A stretch of 64,000 nt of DNA from Myxococcota bacterium. Its GTDB lineage: Bacteria > Myxococcota_A > UBA9160 > UBA6930. How positions within the stretch are numbered: the stretch's first letter is position 1; every line of letters begins with the position of its first letter. Where the stretch lies: positions 1,920,001 to 1,984,000 of the forward strand of contig OZ245002.1 of assembly GCA_965223415.1 (NCBI GenBank). Direction: 5' to 3'. Of this stretch, positions 39,527 through 50,495 are shown piece by piece. The notes beneath the pieces are model-generated. The model had not been told where the DNA came from and ran no database searches. It saw nothing but the letters and a program-made list of their open reading frames with translations. Made by a program: the position numbers and the translations under genes.

Positions 39527-39985
39527 ATGAGACGTTCCCTCACCCTCGCCGCGATGCTGCTCGTCGCCTGCGCCCTGGCGACCGGCCCGGCATTCGCGAA
39601 ATCCAAGAAGCACTGGAGCCGCTACGACGCCACGCTGGTGTGCGACGTCGCGGCGACCACGGTGGTGGTGCACAATCCGTCCAAGGTCGACATCACGGTC
39701 ATCGCGCGTTTGACGGACGCGATGGGCGACACCCAGCAGGCCTTGAGCGTGCCAGCGGAGGGCCTGACCTCCTTCGACTGCACCAGCACCGGCGTCAACA
39801 CGACCGGCATCCTGAGCTTCGAGGGTCCCGGCATCCTGCACGCCACGGCCACCTACGTGGGCGCCGGCGGCTCCGTCGACGTCGAGCGGCTCGTCCCGAT
39901 CCGCGTGAGCGGCAGGCACGGCCCCCGAGACGATTCCGACACCGGCGATTCGGACAGCGCCGCGGGCGATCCGAACCCCTCCTGA
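39527..39985 (+). CDS. Secreted hypothetical protein
   Basis: AAGGAG RBS; signal peptide ending AFA; two Cys in the mature part. Confidence 0.75.
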   Translation: MRRSLTLAAMLLVACALATGPAFAKSKKHWSRYDATLVCDVAATTVVVHNPSKVDITVIARLTDAMGDTQQALSVPAEGLTSFDCTSTGVNTTGILSFEGPGILHATATYVGAGGSVDVERLVPIRVSGRHGPRDDSDTGDSDSAAGDPNPS

Positions 39986-40035
39986 TCCGATCCCCTTCCC
40001 GTTCCAGCGGGCCCGAGGAGCCGATTCCCTGGGTG

Positions 40036-41094
40036 CTAGGGCTCCTCGGGCTCCGCGACCCACTCGAGGATCGTCTCGGCCACGTCGTCGGGACGAACCT
40101 CGGCGCGGGTGGAGTCGCGCCTGCGGTTCGGGCCGAACGAGTAGACGCGGATGCGGCGGGTCCCGTCGTCCTCGCAGCGATCCATCACCCAGTAGGGCTG
40201 AGCCCAGGGGTCGAGGAACCAGCGGGCCCGCTCCTCGGGCAGGCCGGGAAGCGAGGCGAAGGCGCCGTCCTTCAGGCCCTCGAGGCCGTCGTCCACGATC
40301 ACGTGGTAGAGGCGGCGGTGCAGCCCGCACTCGGTGCGCAGGCGCCCCTCGCGCCAGTCCTCGTGGAGTGCGGCCAGCTCCGCGGCCGCCTTGTGGCCGG
40401 CGTCCGGGTCCTCGGGGCGTAGCGCCGTGAGCGCGGCCGGCGTCGCCGCGGCGAGGAGCACGACACCCGCCACGGAAGGCAGGAGTGCCGTAGCTGCGGG
40501 CAGCGCGCCGACCAGGAAGCCGAGCCCCATGGCGAGCTCCACCCACTCGCCGACGAAGCGCCACGGGTAGGCGACGTAGAGCGCCCAGGTGGCGACGAAG
40601 CCCACGGCGAGCGACGCGGGCGGCGGCACCACGCCGAAACGCTGCAGCAGCGGCCGCACGCGCTGCCACCGCCCGAGCAGCGGGAGCAGCAGCCCGTAGC
40701 CGAGTAGCACCGCCTGCACCGCCAGCTTGCGCGTGTCGTCCCCGATCGTGTTGTGCCAGGTGAACTCCTGCTGCTCGTTGTGCGCGAGGAAGTAGTCCGG
40801 CGACTGGAAGCCGAAGAGCCGCTGGCCCCAGGAGATCTCCTCGCCGGCCACGACGGCGCAGAAGGTCGCGAGTGCAAGGCCGTAGGCGACCGCCAGGCCG
40901 CGGCGCGAGAGGCCCAGGTGCAGGTGAACACCGGCCGCGACCAGGAAGGCCCAGACCGTGGCCCACTCGACGGGACCGTCCTCCTGGGACACGCGGTAGT
41001 AGGCGTCGGGCGACGCCGCCTGGAGGACGCCGCCCGCTGCGAGCACGGCGAGGAGCAGGGCGGGCCCGAGCCACGAGGACGCGCGGTCGGCCAT
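40036..41094 (-). CDS. Multi-pass membrane protein with a GspG-like C-terminal motif, paralog 2
   Basis: QEDGPVEWAT, GEEISWGQR, LDPWAQPY, YSFGPN. Confidence 0.8.
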   Translation of the reverse strand: MADRASSWLGPALLLAVLAAGGVLQAASPDAYYRVSQEDGPVEWATVWAFLVAAGVHLHLGLSRRGLAVAYGLALATFCAVVAGEEISWGQRLFGFQSPDYFLAHNEQQEFTWHNTIGDDTRKLAVQAVLLGYGLLLPLLGRWQRVRPLLQRFGVVPPPASLAVGFVATWALYVAYPWRFVGEWVELAMGLGFLVGALPAATALLPSVAGVVLLAAATPAALTALRPEDPDAGHKAAAELAALHEDWREGRLRTECGLHRRLYHVIVDDGLEGLKDGAFASLPGLPEERARWFLDPWAQPYWVMDRCEDDGTRRIRVYSFGPNRRRDSTRAEVRPDDVAETILEWVAEPEEP

Positions 41095-41103
41095 GGTCGG
41101 ACT

Positions 41104-42051
41104 CTAGAGCGTGAGCAGCCGCTCGACGATGGCGTCCTGCGCCGTGTCCGCGTCGACGGCCGTCGCCACCTCCATCTCTGCACCGAGCCCCGCCGACGCC
41201 GGCACCTCGATCGTGCGCAGCACTCCCTCTTCGATCGTCGGCACCACGCGGATCCGCTCGAAGCTGAGCGCGCTCTCGTCGACCAGGGAGAGCACGGTCA
41301 GTGGATCGTGGAGGAAGGCCACATTGTCCGGCGCGAGCGTGCCGCCCAGACCGGTGAAGATCTTCACCTGGAAGGGGGTCCAGCGGCGAATCTGGTCGAC
41401 GAGCACGCGCGGCACCGGACCCGGGCGCTCGGCCAGGCGCTCGAGATCCTGCTCGCGCATCCAGGTCTGGAGCGTGACGTCCGCGGTGACGAGGCGCAGG
41501 TCGAAGCCGGCGCCCAGCACCATCACCGAGGCTTCCGGGTCCGAGCACAGGTTGTAGTCGATGCCGGGCGCGCAAACGTGGCTGCCGATGCGCACCTCTC
41601 GGATGTGGCCGCCCATGATCGTGAGGCGCGCGACCTTCTGCGGGAGATCGGGGTCGAGGGCCAGCGCGTGGGCCAGGTTCGTCAGCGGACCGATCGCCAC
41701 GATCTCGAGCCCCGGCACTTCGGTGGCAGCACGCACGATGCGCTCGGCGGCCGGCTCGACGCTGCGTACCGCGTCGGGGCCGTCCGGGTAGTCCTTCGTC
41801 TCGATGTCGCGCCAGACGAAGCGATTCCTGCGGGCGACGGCGTCCTGGGCGCCGACGCACACCTCGACGTCCGTGTGGCCCGCGAGGCCCAACATGCGCG
41901 CCGCGGCCCAGGCGCGGCCCTCGGTGTTGCCGGCGACGGTCGTGACGGCGACCAGCTCGAGCTCGTCCGCCGCCGAGAAGAGCACGCCCATGGCCACGGC
42001 GTCGTCGACGTCGGAGCCGATGTCCGTATCGAGGAGGATCGGTCGCGTCAT
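41104..42051 (-). CDS. Nucleoside hydrolase (IU-NH family)
   Basis: DTDIGSDVDDA, IGPLTNLA, MGG, LHDP. Confidence 0.92.
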   Translation of the reverse strand: MTRPILLDTDIGSDVDDAVAMGVLFSAADELELVAVTTVAGNTEGRAWAAARMLGLAGHTDVEVCVGAQDAVARRNRFVWRDIETKDYPDGPDAVRSVEPAAERIVRAATEVPGLEIVAIGPLTNLAHALALDPDLPQKVARLTIMGGHIREVRIGSHVCAPGIDYNLCSDPEASVMVLGAGFDLRLVTADVTLQTWMREQDLERLAERPGPVPRVLVDQIRRWTPFQVKIFTGLGGTLAPDNVAFLHDPLTVLSLVDESALSFERIRVVPTIEEGVLRTIEVPASAGLGAEMEVATAVDADTAQDAIVERLLTL

Positions 42052-43397
42052 GCTTTGGCCTTCTTCATGTGCGCGTCGATGAAGCCCGTGTCGTAGGTGC
42101 CTTCCTGGAATACCGGATGCCGGGCCAGGCGCCGGTGGAAGGCCAGGGAGGTGTGGATGCCCTCCACCTCGAACTCGTCCGCGGCTCTCGCCAGCCGCGC
42201 GACGGCCTCGGCCCGGTCGCGCCCCCACACCACGAGCTTCGCGAGCATCGGGTCGTAGTGGACGGTCACCTCGCAGCCCGCCGCGACGCCGCTGTCGACC
42301 CGCACGCCTGGCCCGCCCGGCTCGCGCCAGGCCGTGAGCGTCCCCGGCGAGGGCAGGAAGCCCTTGTCCGGGTTCTCGGCGTAGACCCGCGCCTGGATCG
42401 CGTGGCCGCGGATCGCCAGCTCGTCCTGGGTGAAGGAGAGGGGCTCGCCGGCGGCGATGCGGATCATCTCCTTCACCAGATCGATGCCGGTGATCGCCTC
42501 GGTGACGGTGTGCTCCACCTGGATGCGGGTGTTCATCTCCAGGAACCAGAAGCGGTCGTCCGGGTCCACCAGGAACTCGAAGGTGCCGACGCTCTGGTAG
42601 CCGAGGGCCTTCGTCGCCGTCACGGCCGCCTCACCCATGCGCGCCCGCAGCTCGTCGCTCATGCGCGGCGCGGGCGCCTCCTCGACGAGCTTCTGGTGGC
42701 GGCGCTGGATGGAGCACTCGCGCTCGAAGACGTGGACGGCGTTCCCGTGGGTGTCCGCCAGCACCTGGATCTCCACGTGGCGGGGGTGCTCGATCCACTT
42801 CTCGACGTAGAGGCCGTCGTCGCCGAAGGCGCTCTGGGCTTCGCTGCGGGCGCGGGGGAGGGCCTTGGCGAGCTGCTCGGGGCTCTTCACCAGGCGCAGG
42901 CCCTTGCCGCCGCCGCCGGCGCTGGCCTTCACCATCACCGGGTAGCCGATCGCCTCGCAGCGCGCGGCCACCGCTTCGTCGTCCAGGCGCTCGGTGGCGC
43001 CGGGCACGATCGGAACCCCGGCCGCCTCCATGGTCTGGCGCGAGAGCACCTTGTCGCCCATGCGCCGCATCACCTCGGCCTCGGGCCCGATGAAGACGAG
43101 CCCCGCGGCGCGGCAGGCGTCGGCGAAGTCGGCGTTCTCCGAGAGGAAGCCGTAGCCCGGGTGCACGGCGTCGGCGCCGCAGCGCTTCGCGATCCCGACG
43201 ATCCGGTCGGCCACGAGATACGACTCGCGGGCCGGAGCCGGGCCGCAGGGATGGGCCTCGTCGGCGAGCCGCACGTGGGGGGCCGCCGCGTCGGCCTCGG
43301 AGTGGATGGCGGCGGTCGCGACCCCCAGCTCGCGGCACGCCCGGATCACCCGAACGGCGATCTCCCCGCGATTCGCGACGAGGATCTTCTTGAACAG
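42048..43397 (-). CDS. accC: Biotin carboxylase subunit; probable CTG start
   Basis: (L)FKKILVANRGEIA, HPGYGFLSEN, GGGGKG, RECSIQRRHQK, EMNTRIQVEH. Confidence 0.93.
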   Translation of the reverse strand: MFKKILVANRGEIAVRVIRACRELGVATAAIHSEADAAAPHVRLADEAHPCGPAPARESYLVADRIVGIAKRCGADAVHPGYGFLSENADFADACRAAGLVFIGPEAEVMRRMGDKVLSRQTMEAAGVPIVPGATERLDDEAVAARCEAIGYPVMVKASAGGGGKGLRLVKSPEQLAKALPRARSEAQSAFGDDGLYVEKWIEHPRHVEIQVLADTHGNAVHVFERECSIQRRHQKLVEEAPAPRMSDELRARMGEAAVTATKALGYQSVGTFEFLVDPDDRFWFLEMNTRIQVEHTVTEAITGIDLVKEMIRIAAGEPLSFTQDELAIRGHAIQARVYAENPDKGFLPSPGTLTAWREPGGPGVRVDSGVAAGCEVTVHYDPMLAKLVVWGRDRAEAVARLARAADEFEVEGIHTSLAFHRRLARHPVFQEGTYDTGFIDAHMKKAKA

Positions 43398-43401
43398 GGT
43401 G

Positions 43402-46155
43402 CTACCCCTGGCGAGCGAGCAGCGAGAGGGTCGCCTCGCGCACGCGCGCCGCGACGGCCTCGGGCGATTCCTCGCTGACGCGCTCGTCGGGCTCGATCTT
43501 GAAGATCGTCTGGCCCTTGGCCACGACGGTGGCGTCCTGGTCGTTCATCAGGTTCTTCACCACGGTGCCGGAGAAGGGCGCTACCACCTTGTTGAACATC
43601 TTCATCACCTCGATGATGAAGAGCGGCTGGCCCTCCTCGAAGTGGTCGCCCTCGTCGACGAGCAGCGGGAGATGCGGGGCCTCGCGGGCGTAGAAGGTGC
43701 CGCCCATCGGCGTCACGATCTCGTCGGAGTTGGCCTTGGGCGGCGGCGAGAGCGCTCGGGTACAGGCGGCCATCTCCTCGGCGTCTTGGAAGCGCTCCGG
43801 GAAGGACGGCACCAGGCTCTCGTCCACCGTGATCTCCAGGAAGGAGGAGCGCACGCCGATTCGCGGGATCAGCAGCAGCAGCTCGAGCCCCACCTGGAAG
43901 CCGCGATGGGAGGCGACGCAGGCGTCCCAGAGGGCCGTGTCGCCGCCGCAGAGCCGCGCGTCCTCCGCGCCGGCGAAGAGCGCCTCGAGCTCCGCCGCGC
44001 TGGCCGCGCCGGTGCGCGCCTCCACCTCGTCGTAGAAGGCCAGGCCCGACGCCAGGATCCCCTGGTCGTGCTCCCAGATCTTCTCCGAGGGTGAGACCCC
44101 CGGGCGCTCCTCCATGTCGAGGAAGTGGTAGAGGCGGTCGAGGAAGCGGACCGGGTTCGCCTCGAAGCGCACCTCCCCGCCGTCCACCTGCCAGAGCTCG
44201 CTGTCGAAGCGGCCGAGGAAGCCCGCCAGCACGTGGGGGTTGGCGAGCAGCTCGTGCACCGGCCGGACGAGCAGGGTCTCCTTCGCGATCAGCACGTCGC
44301 GGGCTTCCGCGTCGGGCTGTGCCTTCACCAGCTCGGCGGCGGCCAGCTCGAGATCGACGTCGTTCACCATCTGTCGCAGGGCGCCGACGGCGGCGAGGAA
44401 CGACTGCATGAAGCGGGTGTTGGGCTCGGCCATCACCCCCTTGCCGAGGAACCACTGGACGAGGCCGTAGTGGACGGGCAGGTTCGTCTGCACGTCGTCG
44501 CCGCGGATCTCCATGCGGCGGAGTACCTCGGCCATGCGCTCGTAGTTGTCGCGCCGGCTCTCGCCGTCGGTGAGCAGCAGCGCGATGTTGGAGTCGTAGG
44601 CGCCGGCCAGGTTGTACCAGATGAAGCTGCCGGTATCGGGGTTCGGGGTGCCGATGCCCTGGTCCCAACGGATCTCGCCGGGGGTGGGCGGCGTCCAGCT
44701 GCGGATCAGCCCGCCGGCGTGGGGCTGGAGGGCCGCGTTGGTGGCGTTGATGCGCACCTCCAGGCCCGAGACCGAGCGCGGCACCCGCTCCGGCCTCGGC
44801 ACCCGCGGCCCGTGCACGGCCAGGAGCACCATCGCTTCGATCAGCTCCTCGACCACGAACCACTCGGCGGGATCGTCCGGGTTGGTGAACTTCAGCGCGT
44901 AGGCGAGCTCGGTCACGCCGTGCTCGACCTGGATGCGCGTGTTCATCTCCATGAAGAAGTGGTGGAAGCCTTCGACGATGCACTCGAAGGTCGATGCCGA
45001 GTCGAGGCCGGTGGCCTCGCCGAACTTCGCGCCCTCGTCCTCCATGCGGCCGAGGGTCTCCTTGTCGCCCCGCAGGATCTCCGCCGTGCGGCCGGCGGCC
45101 TCCTTCAGCTCCGCGTCGAGGAGCTCCTGGGTCAGCGATACCTCGAGGAGCTTCTGCTCGTGCATCTGCACCGAGCAGTCGCGGCCCCCGAGCGAGATGC
45201 ACCAGCTGCCGTTGCCGAGCAGCTGGATCTCGTTGTGGCGGGTGCTCTCGATGTTCAGCTCGATCAGGAAGTTCCGGTTCGTGCCGGGCTCGACCACCTT
45301 CACCTCGGCGAGCACGTCCATGACGGCCGCCGCCACCTCTTCCGGCGTGCGCACCACCCGCTGGCCCTTGCCGCCGCCGCCGCCGATGTGCTTGAAGCGG
45401 ATGCGGTGGTCCGGGTAGTCGCCCCAGATCTCCCGGGCCACCTGCTCCGCGGCGGCCTGCAGCTCGGCGATGGTCACCAGCTCGACGGTGGCGGCGTAGC
45501 CGGCCTGGAGGAGCGCCTCGGCGTTCTCCTCGGGGCTCCGGTCGTCGCTCCATGCGAAGTCGAGGCCGTGCTCTCCCGCGAGGCCCTCGAGGCCCGCCTG
45601 ACCGCCGACCTTGCCGATCAGCGCCCGCGCCGAGAGATCGTCGACGCCCGGGATCACCGCGTTGCCGAGCTCCCGGGCCAGCTTCTTGGCCTCGTCCTTG
45701 GCGCCGGCCCGGCGCACGACCCCGGAGCTGGGGCCGACGAAGCCGATGCCCGCGGCCTCGATGGCCTCGATGAACTCCGCGTCCTCGGCCATGAAGCCGT
45801 AGCCCGCGAAGATGTGGGTGTAGCCGTGGCTGCGGGCGATCCGGGTGATCTCGCGGATGCGCTCCTGCTTCTCCTCCTGGCCCACGCCCATGTAGTCGGC
45901 GACCCGGTGAACGTTTCCCGGGAAGCGCAGGCCCCGCAGCTCCGGCGCCAGGCAGCGCGGGTAGACGACCGAGTCCTTCTCCGAGAGCAGCATTCCGTAC
46001 TCGCGGATGCCCACGCGATCGAAGACCTCGAAGGCCTCCTTGCGAACGGGCCCACGGCAGACGACCAGACACTTCACGTCCTCGAGGGAGAACGCGCGCA
46101 GCCACTCGCTCTCGCACTGGTGGAAGGGTCGGCTCTGCTGCTCTCGGTCCAGCAA
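43402..46155 (-). CDS. Large biotin carboxylase / biotin-carrier fusion protein
   Basis: AGYGFMAE, GGGGKG, RDCSVQ, EMNTRIQVEH; biotinylation motif EVMKM near the C-terminus. Confidence 0.88.
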   Translation of the reverse strand: MLDREQQSRPFHQCESEWLRAFSLEDVKCLVVCRGPVRKEAFEVFDRVGIREYGMLLSEKDSVVYPRCLAPELRGLRFPGNVHRVADYMGVGQEEKQERIREITRIARSHGYTHIFAGYGFMAEDAEFIEAIEAAGIGFVGPSSGVVRRAGAKDEAKKLARELGNAVIPGVDDLSARALIGKVGGQAGLEGLAGEHGLDFAWSDDRSPEENAEALLQAGYAATVELVTIAELQAAAEQVAREIWGDYPDHRIRFKHIGGGGGKGQRVVRTPEEVAAAVMDVLAEVKVVEPGTNRNFLIELNIESTRHNEIQLLGNGSWCISLGGRDCSVQMHEQKLLEVSLTQELLDAELKEAAGRTAEILRGDKETLGRMEDEGAKFGEATGLDSASTFECIVEGFHHFFMEMNTRIQVEHGVTELAYALKFTNPDDPAEWFVVEELIEAMVLLAVHGPRVPRPERVPRSVSGLEVRINATNAALQPHAGGLIRSWTPPTPGEIRWDQGIGTPNPDTGSFIWYNLAGAYDSNIALLLTDGESRRDNYERMAEVLRRMEIRGDDVQTNLPVHYGLVQWFLGKGVMAEPNTRFMQSFLAAVGALRQMVNDVDLELAAAELVKAQPDAEARDVLIAKETLLVRPVHELLANPHVLAGFLGRFDSELWQVDGGEVRFEANPVRFLDRLYHFLDMEERPGVSPSEKIWEHDQGILASGLAFYDEVEARTGAASAAELEALFAGAEDARLCGGDTALWDACVASHRGFQVGLELLLLIPRIGVRSSFLEITVDESLVPSFPERFQDAEEMAACTRALSPPPKANSDEIVTPMGGTFYAREAPHLPLLVDEGDHFEEGQPLFIIEVMKMFNKVVAPFSGTVVKNLMNDQDATVVAKGQTIFKIEPDERVSEESPEAVAARVREATLSLLARQG

Positions 46156-46164
46156 CGGGGGCTC

Positions 46165-47838
46165 CTACTCGAACTCGCGCTGGGGCCCGCCCATCGAGGA
46201 CGGGGTGTAGGTGCGCATCAGGAAGGCGAGGTTCTGGGCGAGGACGCGGCGGCTCGTGCCGGGCAGCACCACCCGGGACACGGAGCCCAGGGAGAGCGCC
46301 TCGTTCGGGTTCATCAGCTCGGCCTCGTACTGCTCGCGCAGCTTCGCGAGGCCGGCGTCGCGCTCGGCGCGCGCCTCGGCCTCGTCGGCGCCGCCGGCCA
46401 CGGCCTTGCGGCAGGCCGCTTCGAGCTCGCGCATCTCGTTCTTGTAGACGAAATCGGTGCCGCCGCCGGAGCCCATCACCGCGATGCGGGCATGGGGCAT
46501 GGCGAACACCATGTCGGCGCCGACGTAGTGGGAGTTGTAGGCCGCGTAGGCGCCGCCGAAGGCGTTGCGGATGATCAGCGTGATCGACGGCACCCGGACG
46601 TCGATGATCGCATCCAGCAGGTGGCGGCCTTCGAGGATGATGCCGCGGCTCTCCTGCTCGGTGCCGACCAGGAAGCCCGGCGTGTCCTCCAGGAAGATCA
46701 GCGGAACGTTGTAGACGTTGCAGAAGCGGATGAAGCGGGTGGCCTTGCGCGCCGCGTCCACGTCGATCTGGCCCGAAGCCACCGCCGAGTTGTTGGCGAC
46801 GAAGCCCACCACGTGGCCGCCGATCCGCCCGAAGGCGGTGACCATGTTGCGCGCCCGGGCGGGCTGCAGCTCGAAGTACTCGCCGTGGTCGCAGATCTGC
46901 TGGATGAAGAGCGTGATGTCGAGCGGCGCGTTCATCCCCGCCGGCGAGTGGAAGGTGCGGCGAAAGAGGGTGTCCTCCTCGAGGGTGAAGCGGTCCACCG
47001 GGTCGGAGGTCTCCATGAAGGGCGAGAGCGAGCGGTTGTCGTCGGGCAGGTAGCCGAGCAGGCGGATCGCCGTGCGCAGCGAGGCCAGCTCGTCCTGGGT
47101 CGTCACGTCGCACACGCCGTTCAGACCGTGGACGCCGGTACCGCCGAGATCGTCGGCCGTGACGTCTTCGCCCGTCGAGCTCTTCACCACCCCCGGGCCC
47201 GTGAGCCCGATGAAGGTCTCCTCGCACTGGATCATGAAGGAGCCCTGGCGGGGCAGGTAGGCGCCGCCGCCGGCGTTGTAGCCGAACATCAGGCTGATGC
47301 TGGGAACCACGCCGCTGATCTTGCGCAGCGCCGTGAAGGCCTCGCTGTAGCCGTCGAGGCCGCCGACGCCGGCGGGCACGAAGGCGCCGGCCGAGTCGTT
47401 CATGCCGATCAGCGGGATGCCGCGCTCGCCGGCCATGTAGATCAGCCGCGCCAGCTTGTCGCCGTTGGTGGCGTCCATCGAGCCCGCGCGCAGGGTGAAG
47501 TCGTGGCCGTAGACCGCGACGTCGCGGCTGTTCACGTCGAGGATGCCGGTGACGATCGAGGCGCCGTCGAGGCCGGGGCCCCAGTTGTGCCAGAGCAGGT
47601 TCGGCTCGCGGTCCGTCAGCACCTTGAGGCGCTCGAAGACGGTCATGCGGCCCTTGGCGTGCTGCACCCGCACGCGGGCGGGGCCACCGCCGCGGCGCGG
47701 CCGGGCGTCGAGCTCGCGACCCCGCGCCAGGGCGGTCTCGTAGACGCTGGCGCCACCGGCAGGCCCGCCGGCCGCCGGCGTGGCGGCCTCCGGGGCGAAC
47801 GGGTTCTCGAGGGAGTAGCTGGGCACGGGCGCATCCAT
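46165..47838 (-). CDS. Acyl-CoA carboxylase carboxyltransferase (PccB-like)
   Basis: [38 protein letters not shown]. Confidence 0.92.
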   Translation of the reverse strand: MDAPVPSYSLENPFAPEAATPAAGGPAGGASVYETALARGRELDARPRRGGGPARVRVQHAKGRMTVFERLKVLTDREPNLLWHNWGPGLDGASIVTGILDVNSRDVAVYGHDFTLRAGSMDATNGDKLARLIYMAGERGIPLIGMNDSAGAFVPAGVGGLDGYSEAFTALRKISGVVPSISLMFGYNAGGGAYLPRQGSFMIQCEETFIGLTGPGVVKSSTGEDVTADDLGGTGVHGLNGVCDVTTQDELASLRTAIRLLGYLPDDNRSLSPFMETSDPVDRFTLEEDTLFRRTFHSPAGMNAPLDITLFIQQICDHGEYFELQPARARNMVTAFGRIGGHVVGFVANNSAVASGQIDVDAARKATRFIRFCNVYNVPLIFLEDTPGFLVGTEQESRGIILEGRHLLDAIIDVRVPSITLIIRNAFGGAYAAYNSHYVGADMVFAMPHARIAVMGSGGGTDFVYKNEMRELEAACRKAVAGGADEAEARAERDAGLAKLREQYEAELMNPNEALSLGSVSRVVLPGTSRRVLAQNLAFLMRTYTPSSMGGPQREFE

Positions 47839-47845
47839 GGCGGGG

Positions 47846-49132
47846 TTAGAGGCTGGAGACCTCGCCGAGACGCTCGCGAAGATCTCGGTCGTAGGCGGCG
47901 ATGTCGATGGGCTCCCGGGCGACCCCGGACTCCATGGCCGCCAGCGCCACGGCCGGTGCCACGTACAGGAGCACGCGTGGATCGAAGGGCTTCGGAATGA
48001 TGGACTTCGGGCCGAAGTCCATGTCCTCACCCGGGTAGGCCCGCTTCACCACCTCCGGGATGGCCTCGCCGCGCTTGGCCAGCTCGGCCAGGGCATCGAC
48101 GGCGGCCCGCTTCATCTTCTCGTTGATGCGCGTGGCCCGGACGTCGAGGGCGCCGCGGAAGATGAAGGGGAAGCCGAGGACATTGTTCACCTGGTTGGGG
48201 AAGTCCGAGCGGCCGGTGGCGATGATCGCGTCGGGCCGCACCGCCTCCACCTCCGGGGGAGAGATCTCCGGGTCCGGGTTCGCCATGGCGAAGATGACCG
48301 GGCGGGTCGCCATCGACTTCACCATCTCCTGGGTGACGACCCCCGCCTGGGAGACCCCTACGAAGACGTCGGCGCCCTTGAGGGCGTCCTCGAGGGTGCG
48401 CGCGTCGGTCGGGCGGGAGAACTCGGCCTTGTAGCTGTTCACCCCCTCGGTGCGCCCGTCGTAGATCACGCCGCGGCTGTCGACGAGGAGCATGTTCTCG
48501 GCCCGGACGCCCAGGTCCTTGTAGAGCTTCGCGCAGGCGATGCCCGAGGCTCCGGCACCGGAGAAGACCACCTTCACCTCGCCGATGGACTTCTGCTGGA
48601 TCTCCAGGGCGTTCATCAGGGCCGCCCCGGAGATGATCGCCGTGCCGTGCTGGTCGTCGTGGAAGACCGGGATGTCGCAGGTCTCGACCAGGGTGCGCTC
48701 GATCTCGAAGCACTCCGGCGCCCGGATGTCCTCCAGGTTGATGCCTCCGAACGAGGGAGCGATCAGCTGGCAGGTGCGGATGATCTCCTTGGGGTCCACG
48801 CTGTCGATCTCGATGTCGAAGACGTCGATGTCGGCGAAGCGCTTGAAGAGGACGCCCTTGCCCTCCATCACAGGCTTGCTGGCCAGGGGCCCGATGTTGC
48901 CGAGCCCGAGCACCGCGGTCCCGTTGGAGATCACCGCGACCAGGTTGCCCTTGGCCGTGTAGCGGTAGACGTCCCCCGGGTGCTTGGCGATCTCCCGGCA
49001 CGGCTCCGCCACACCGGGGCTGTAGGCGAGGGAGAGGTCCTTCTGGGTGATCGTGGGCTTCGTTGGGACGAGCTTGATCTTCCCCGGGCGCCCATCGGCG
49101 TGATAGCGCAACGCCTCTTCTTTGGTGATCAC
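47846..49132 (-). CDS. Malic enzyme (no PTA domain)
   Basis: [48 protein letters not shown]. Confidence 0.93.
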   Translation of the reverse strand: MITKEEALRYHADGRPGKIKLVPTKPTITQKDLSLAYSPGVAEPCREIAKHPGDVYRYTAKGNLVAVISNGTAVLGLGNIGPLASKPVMEGKGVLFKRFADIDVFDIEIDSVDPKEIIRTCQLIAPSFGGINLEDIRAPECFEIERTLVETCDIPVFHDDQHGTAIISGAALMNALEIQQKSIGEVKVVFSGAGASGIACAKLYKDLGVRAENMLLVDSRGVIYDGRTEGVNSYKAEFSRPTDARTLEDALKGADVFVGVSQAGVVTQEMVKSMATRPVIFAMANPDPEISPPEVEAVRPDAIIATGRSDFPNQVNNVLGFPFIFRGALDVRATRINEKMKRAAVDALAELAKRGEAIPEVVKRAYPGEDMDFGPKSIIPKPFDPRVLLYVAPAVALAAMESGVAREPIDIAAYDRDLRERLGEVSSL

Positions 49133-49280
49133 AGGCAGATCCTCGGGATCCGGGGGGTGGGGACTCCCTGGGGGGCCCAGCGAACGGGGCCCGCGATCCT
49201 AGCAGAATCGCGATGGGCCGACGAGGTGGGAAACCCTTTGAACACGCCGGGTTGAGTGCGATTCGGGGAACCCGCCGGAG

Positions 49281-50426
49281 CTACTCCTTCAGCAGCTCCC
49301 GGGCGATCACGAGGCGCTGGATCTGGTTCGTGCCCTCGTAGATCTGCATGAGCTTGGCGTCCCGCATCAGCTTCTCGACCGGGTACTCCTTCGTGTACCC
49401 GTTGCCGCCGAACACCTGGACCGCGTCGGTCGAGATCTTCATGGCCGCGTCCGTCGAGAAGCACTTCGCGAACGACGAGTACTTCGACGCGCGCAGGCCC
49501 TGGTCGATCATCCAGGCGCTCTGCAGGGTGAGCAGCCGAGCCGCCTCCAGGTCCTTGGCCATGTCGGCGAGCATGAACTGGACCGCCTGGAAGCCCGAGA
49601 TGGGGAAGCCGAAGGCCTTGCGCTCCTCGGCGTAGGCCAGGCTCTCCTCCAGGGCCCGGCGGGCGATGCCGCAGGCCAGGGCGCCGATGGAGGGGCGGGT
49701 CGTGTCGAGGGTCTGCATGGCGATCTTGAAGCCCTGACCCTCGTCGCCGAGCCGCTGGGAGGCCGGAACCCGCACGTTGTCGAAGTGGATCACCCGGGTG
49801 TCGCTGGCCCGCTGCCCCATCTTGTCCTCTTTCTTCCCCTGGGTGACGCCGGGGAGGTCGGAGTCCATGACGAAGGCGCAGATGCCCTTGTGGCGGGAGC
49901 TGCGATCGAGGGTGGCGAAGACGGTGTACATCTCTGCCACACCGCCGTTCGTGATCCAGCACTTCGTGCCGTTCAGCACGTAGTCGTCACCGTCCTTCTC
50001 CGCGAGGAGCTGGAGGCCGGCCACGTCGGAGCCGGCGGCGGGCTCGGAGAGACAGAAGGCGATCTGCTCGAACTTCTCGGTCGCGGCGAGGCGGCCGAGC
50101 CACTCCTTCTTCTGGGGCTCGCTCGCCCCGACGAGCAGCGGGGTGAGGCCGAGATCGTTGGCCATGATCGAGGTGGCCATGCCCGAGCATCCCCAGGCCA
50201 GCTCTTCGACGACCAGGCACGACTCGAAGAGCGAGAGCCCGACGCCACCGTACTCCTCGGGGATCGAAACGCAGGACAGCCCGAGCTCCCAGGCCTCCTT
50301 CATGATCTCGTGAGGGAACTCGCCACTCTGGTCGTAGTCGCCGGCGACCGGCGCGATCTTCTCCTTGGAGAAGCGGCGGGCCGTGTCCTGGAGCGCGAGC
50401 TGTTCGTCGCTGAGAGAGAAGTCCAT
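49281..50426 (-). CDS. Acyl-CoA dehydrogenase
   Basis: [33 protein letters not shown]. Confidence 0.95.
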   Translation of the reverse strand: MDFSLSDEQLALQDTARRFSKEKIAPVAGDYDQSGEFPHEIMKEAWELGLSCVSIPEEYGGVGLSLFESCLVVEELAWGCSGMATSIMANDLGLTPLLVGASEPQKKEWLGRLAATEKFEQIAFCLSEPAAGSDVAGLQLLAEKDGDDYVLNGTKCWITNGGVAEMYTVFATLDRSSRHKGICAFVMDSDLPGVTQGKKEDKMGQRASDTRVIHFDNVRVPASQRLGDEGQGFKIAMQTLDTTRPSIGALACGIARRALEESLAYAEERKAFGFPISGFQAVQFMLADMAKDLEAARLLTLQSAWMIDQGLRASKYSSFAKCFSTDAAMKISTDAVQVFGGNGYTKEYPVEKLMRDAKLMQIYEGTNQIQRLVIARELLKE

Positions 50427-50495
50427 GATCCTGACTCCTAGTCACTTCCCCCATCGAACAAGGAAGCTCGGAGCCGCGAATCGTAGCGGAGTTCT

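Noticed and set aside
44125..48000. 1291-aa plus-strand ORF (and the 1293-aa ORF at 43346-47227)
   Set aside because: Antisense or off-frame shadows of the carboxylase genes, expected at high GC; no motifs
47846..49132. Malic enzyme as a truncated maeB pseudogene
   Set aside because: The catalytic domain is complete, and PTA-less malic enzymes of this size are common
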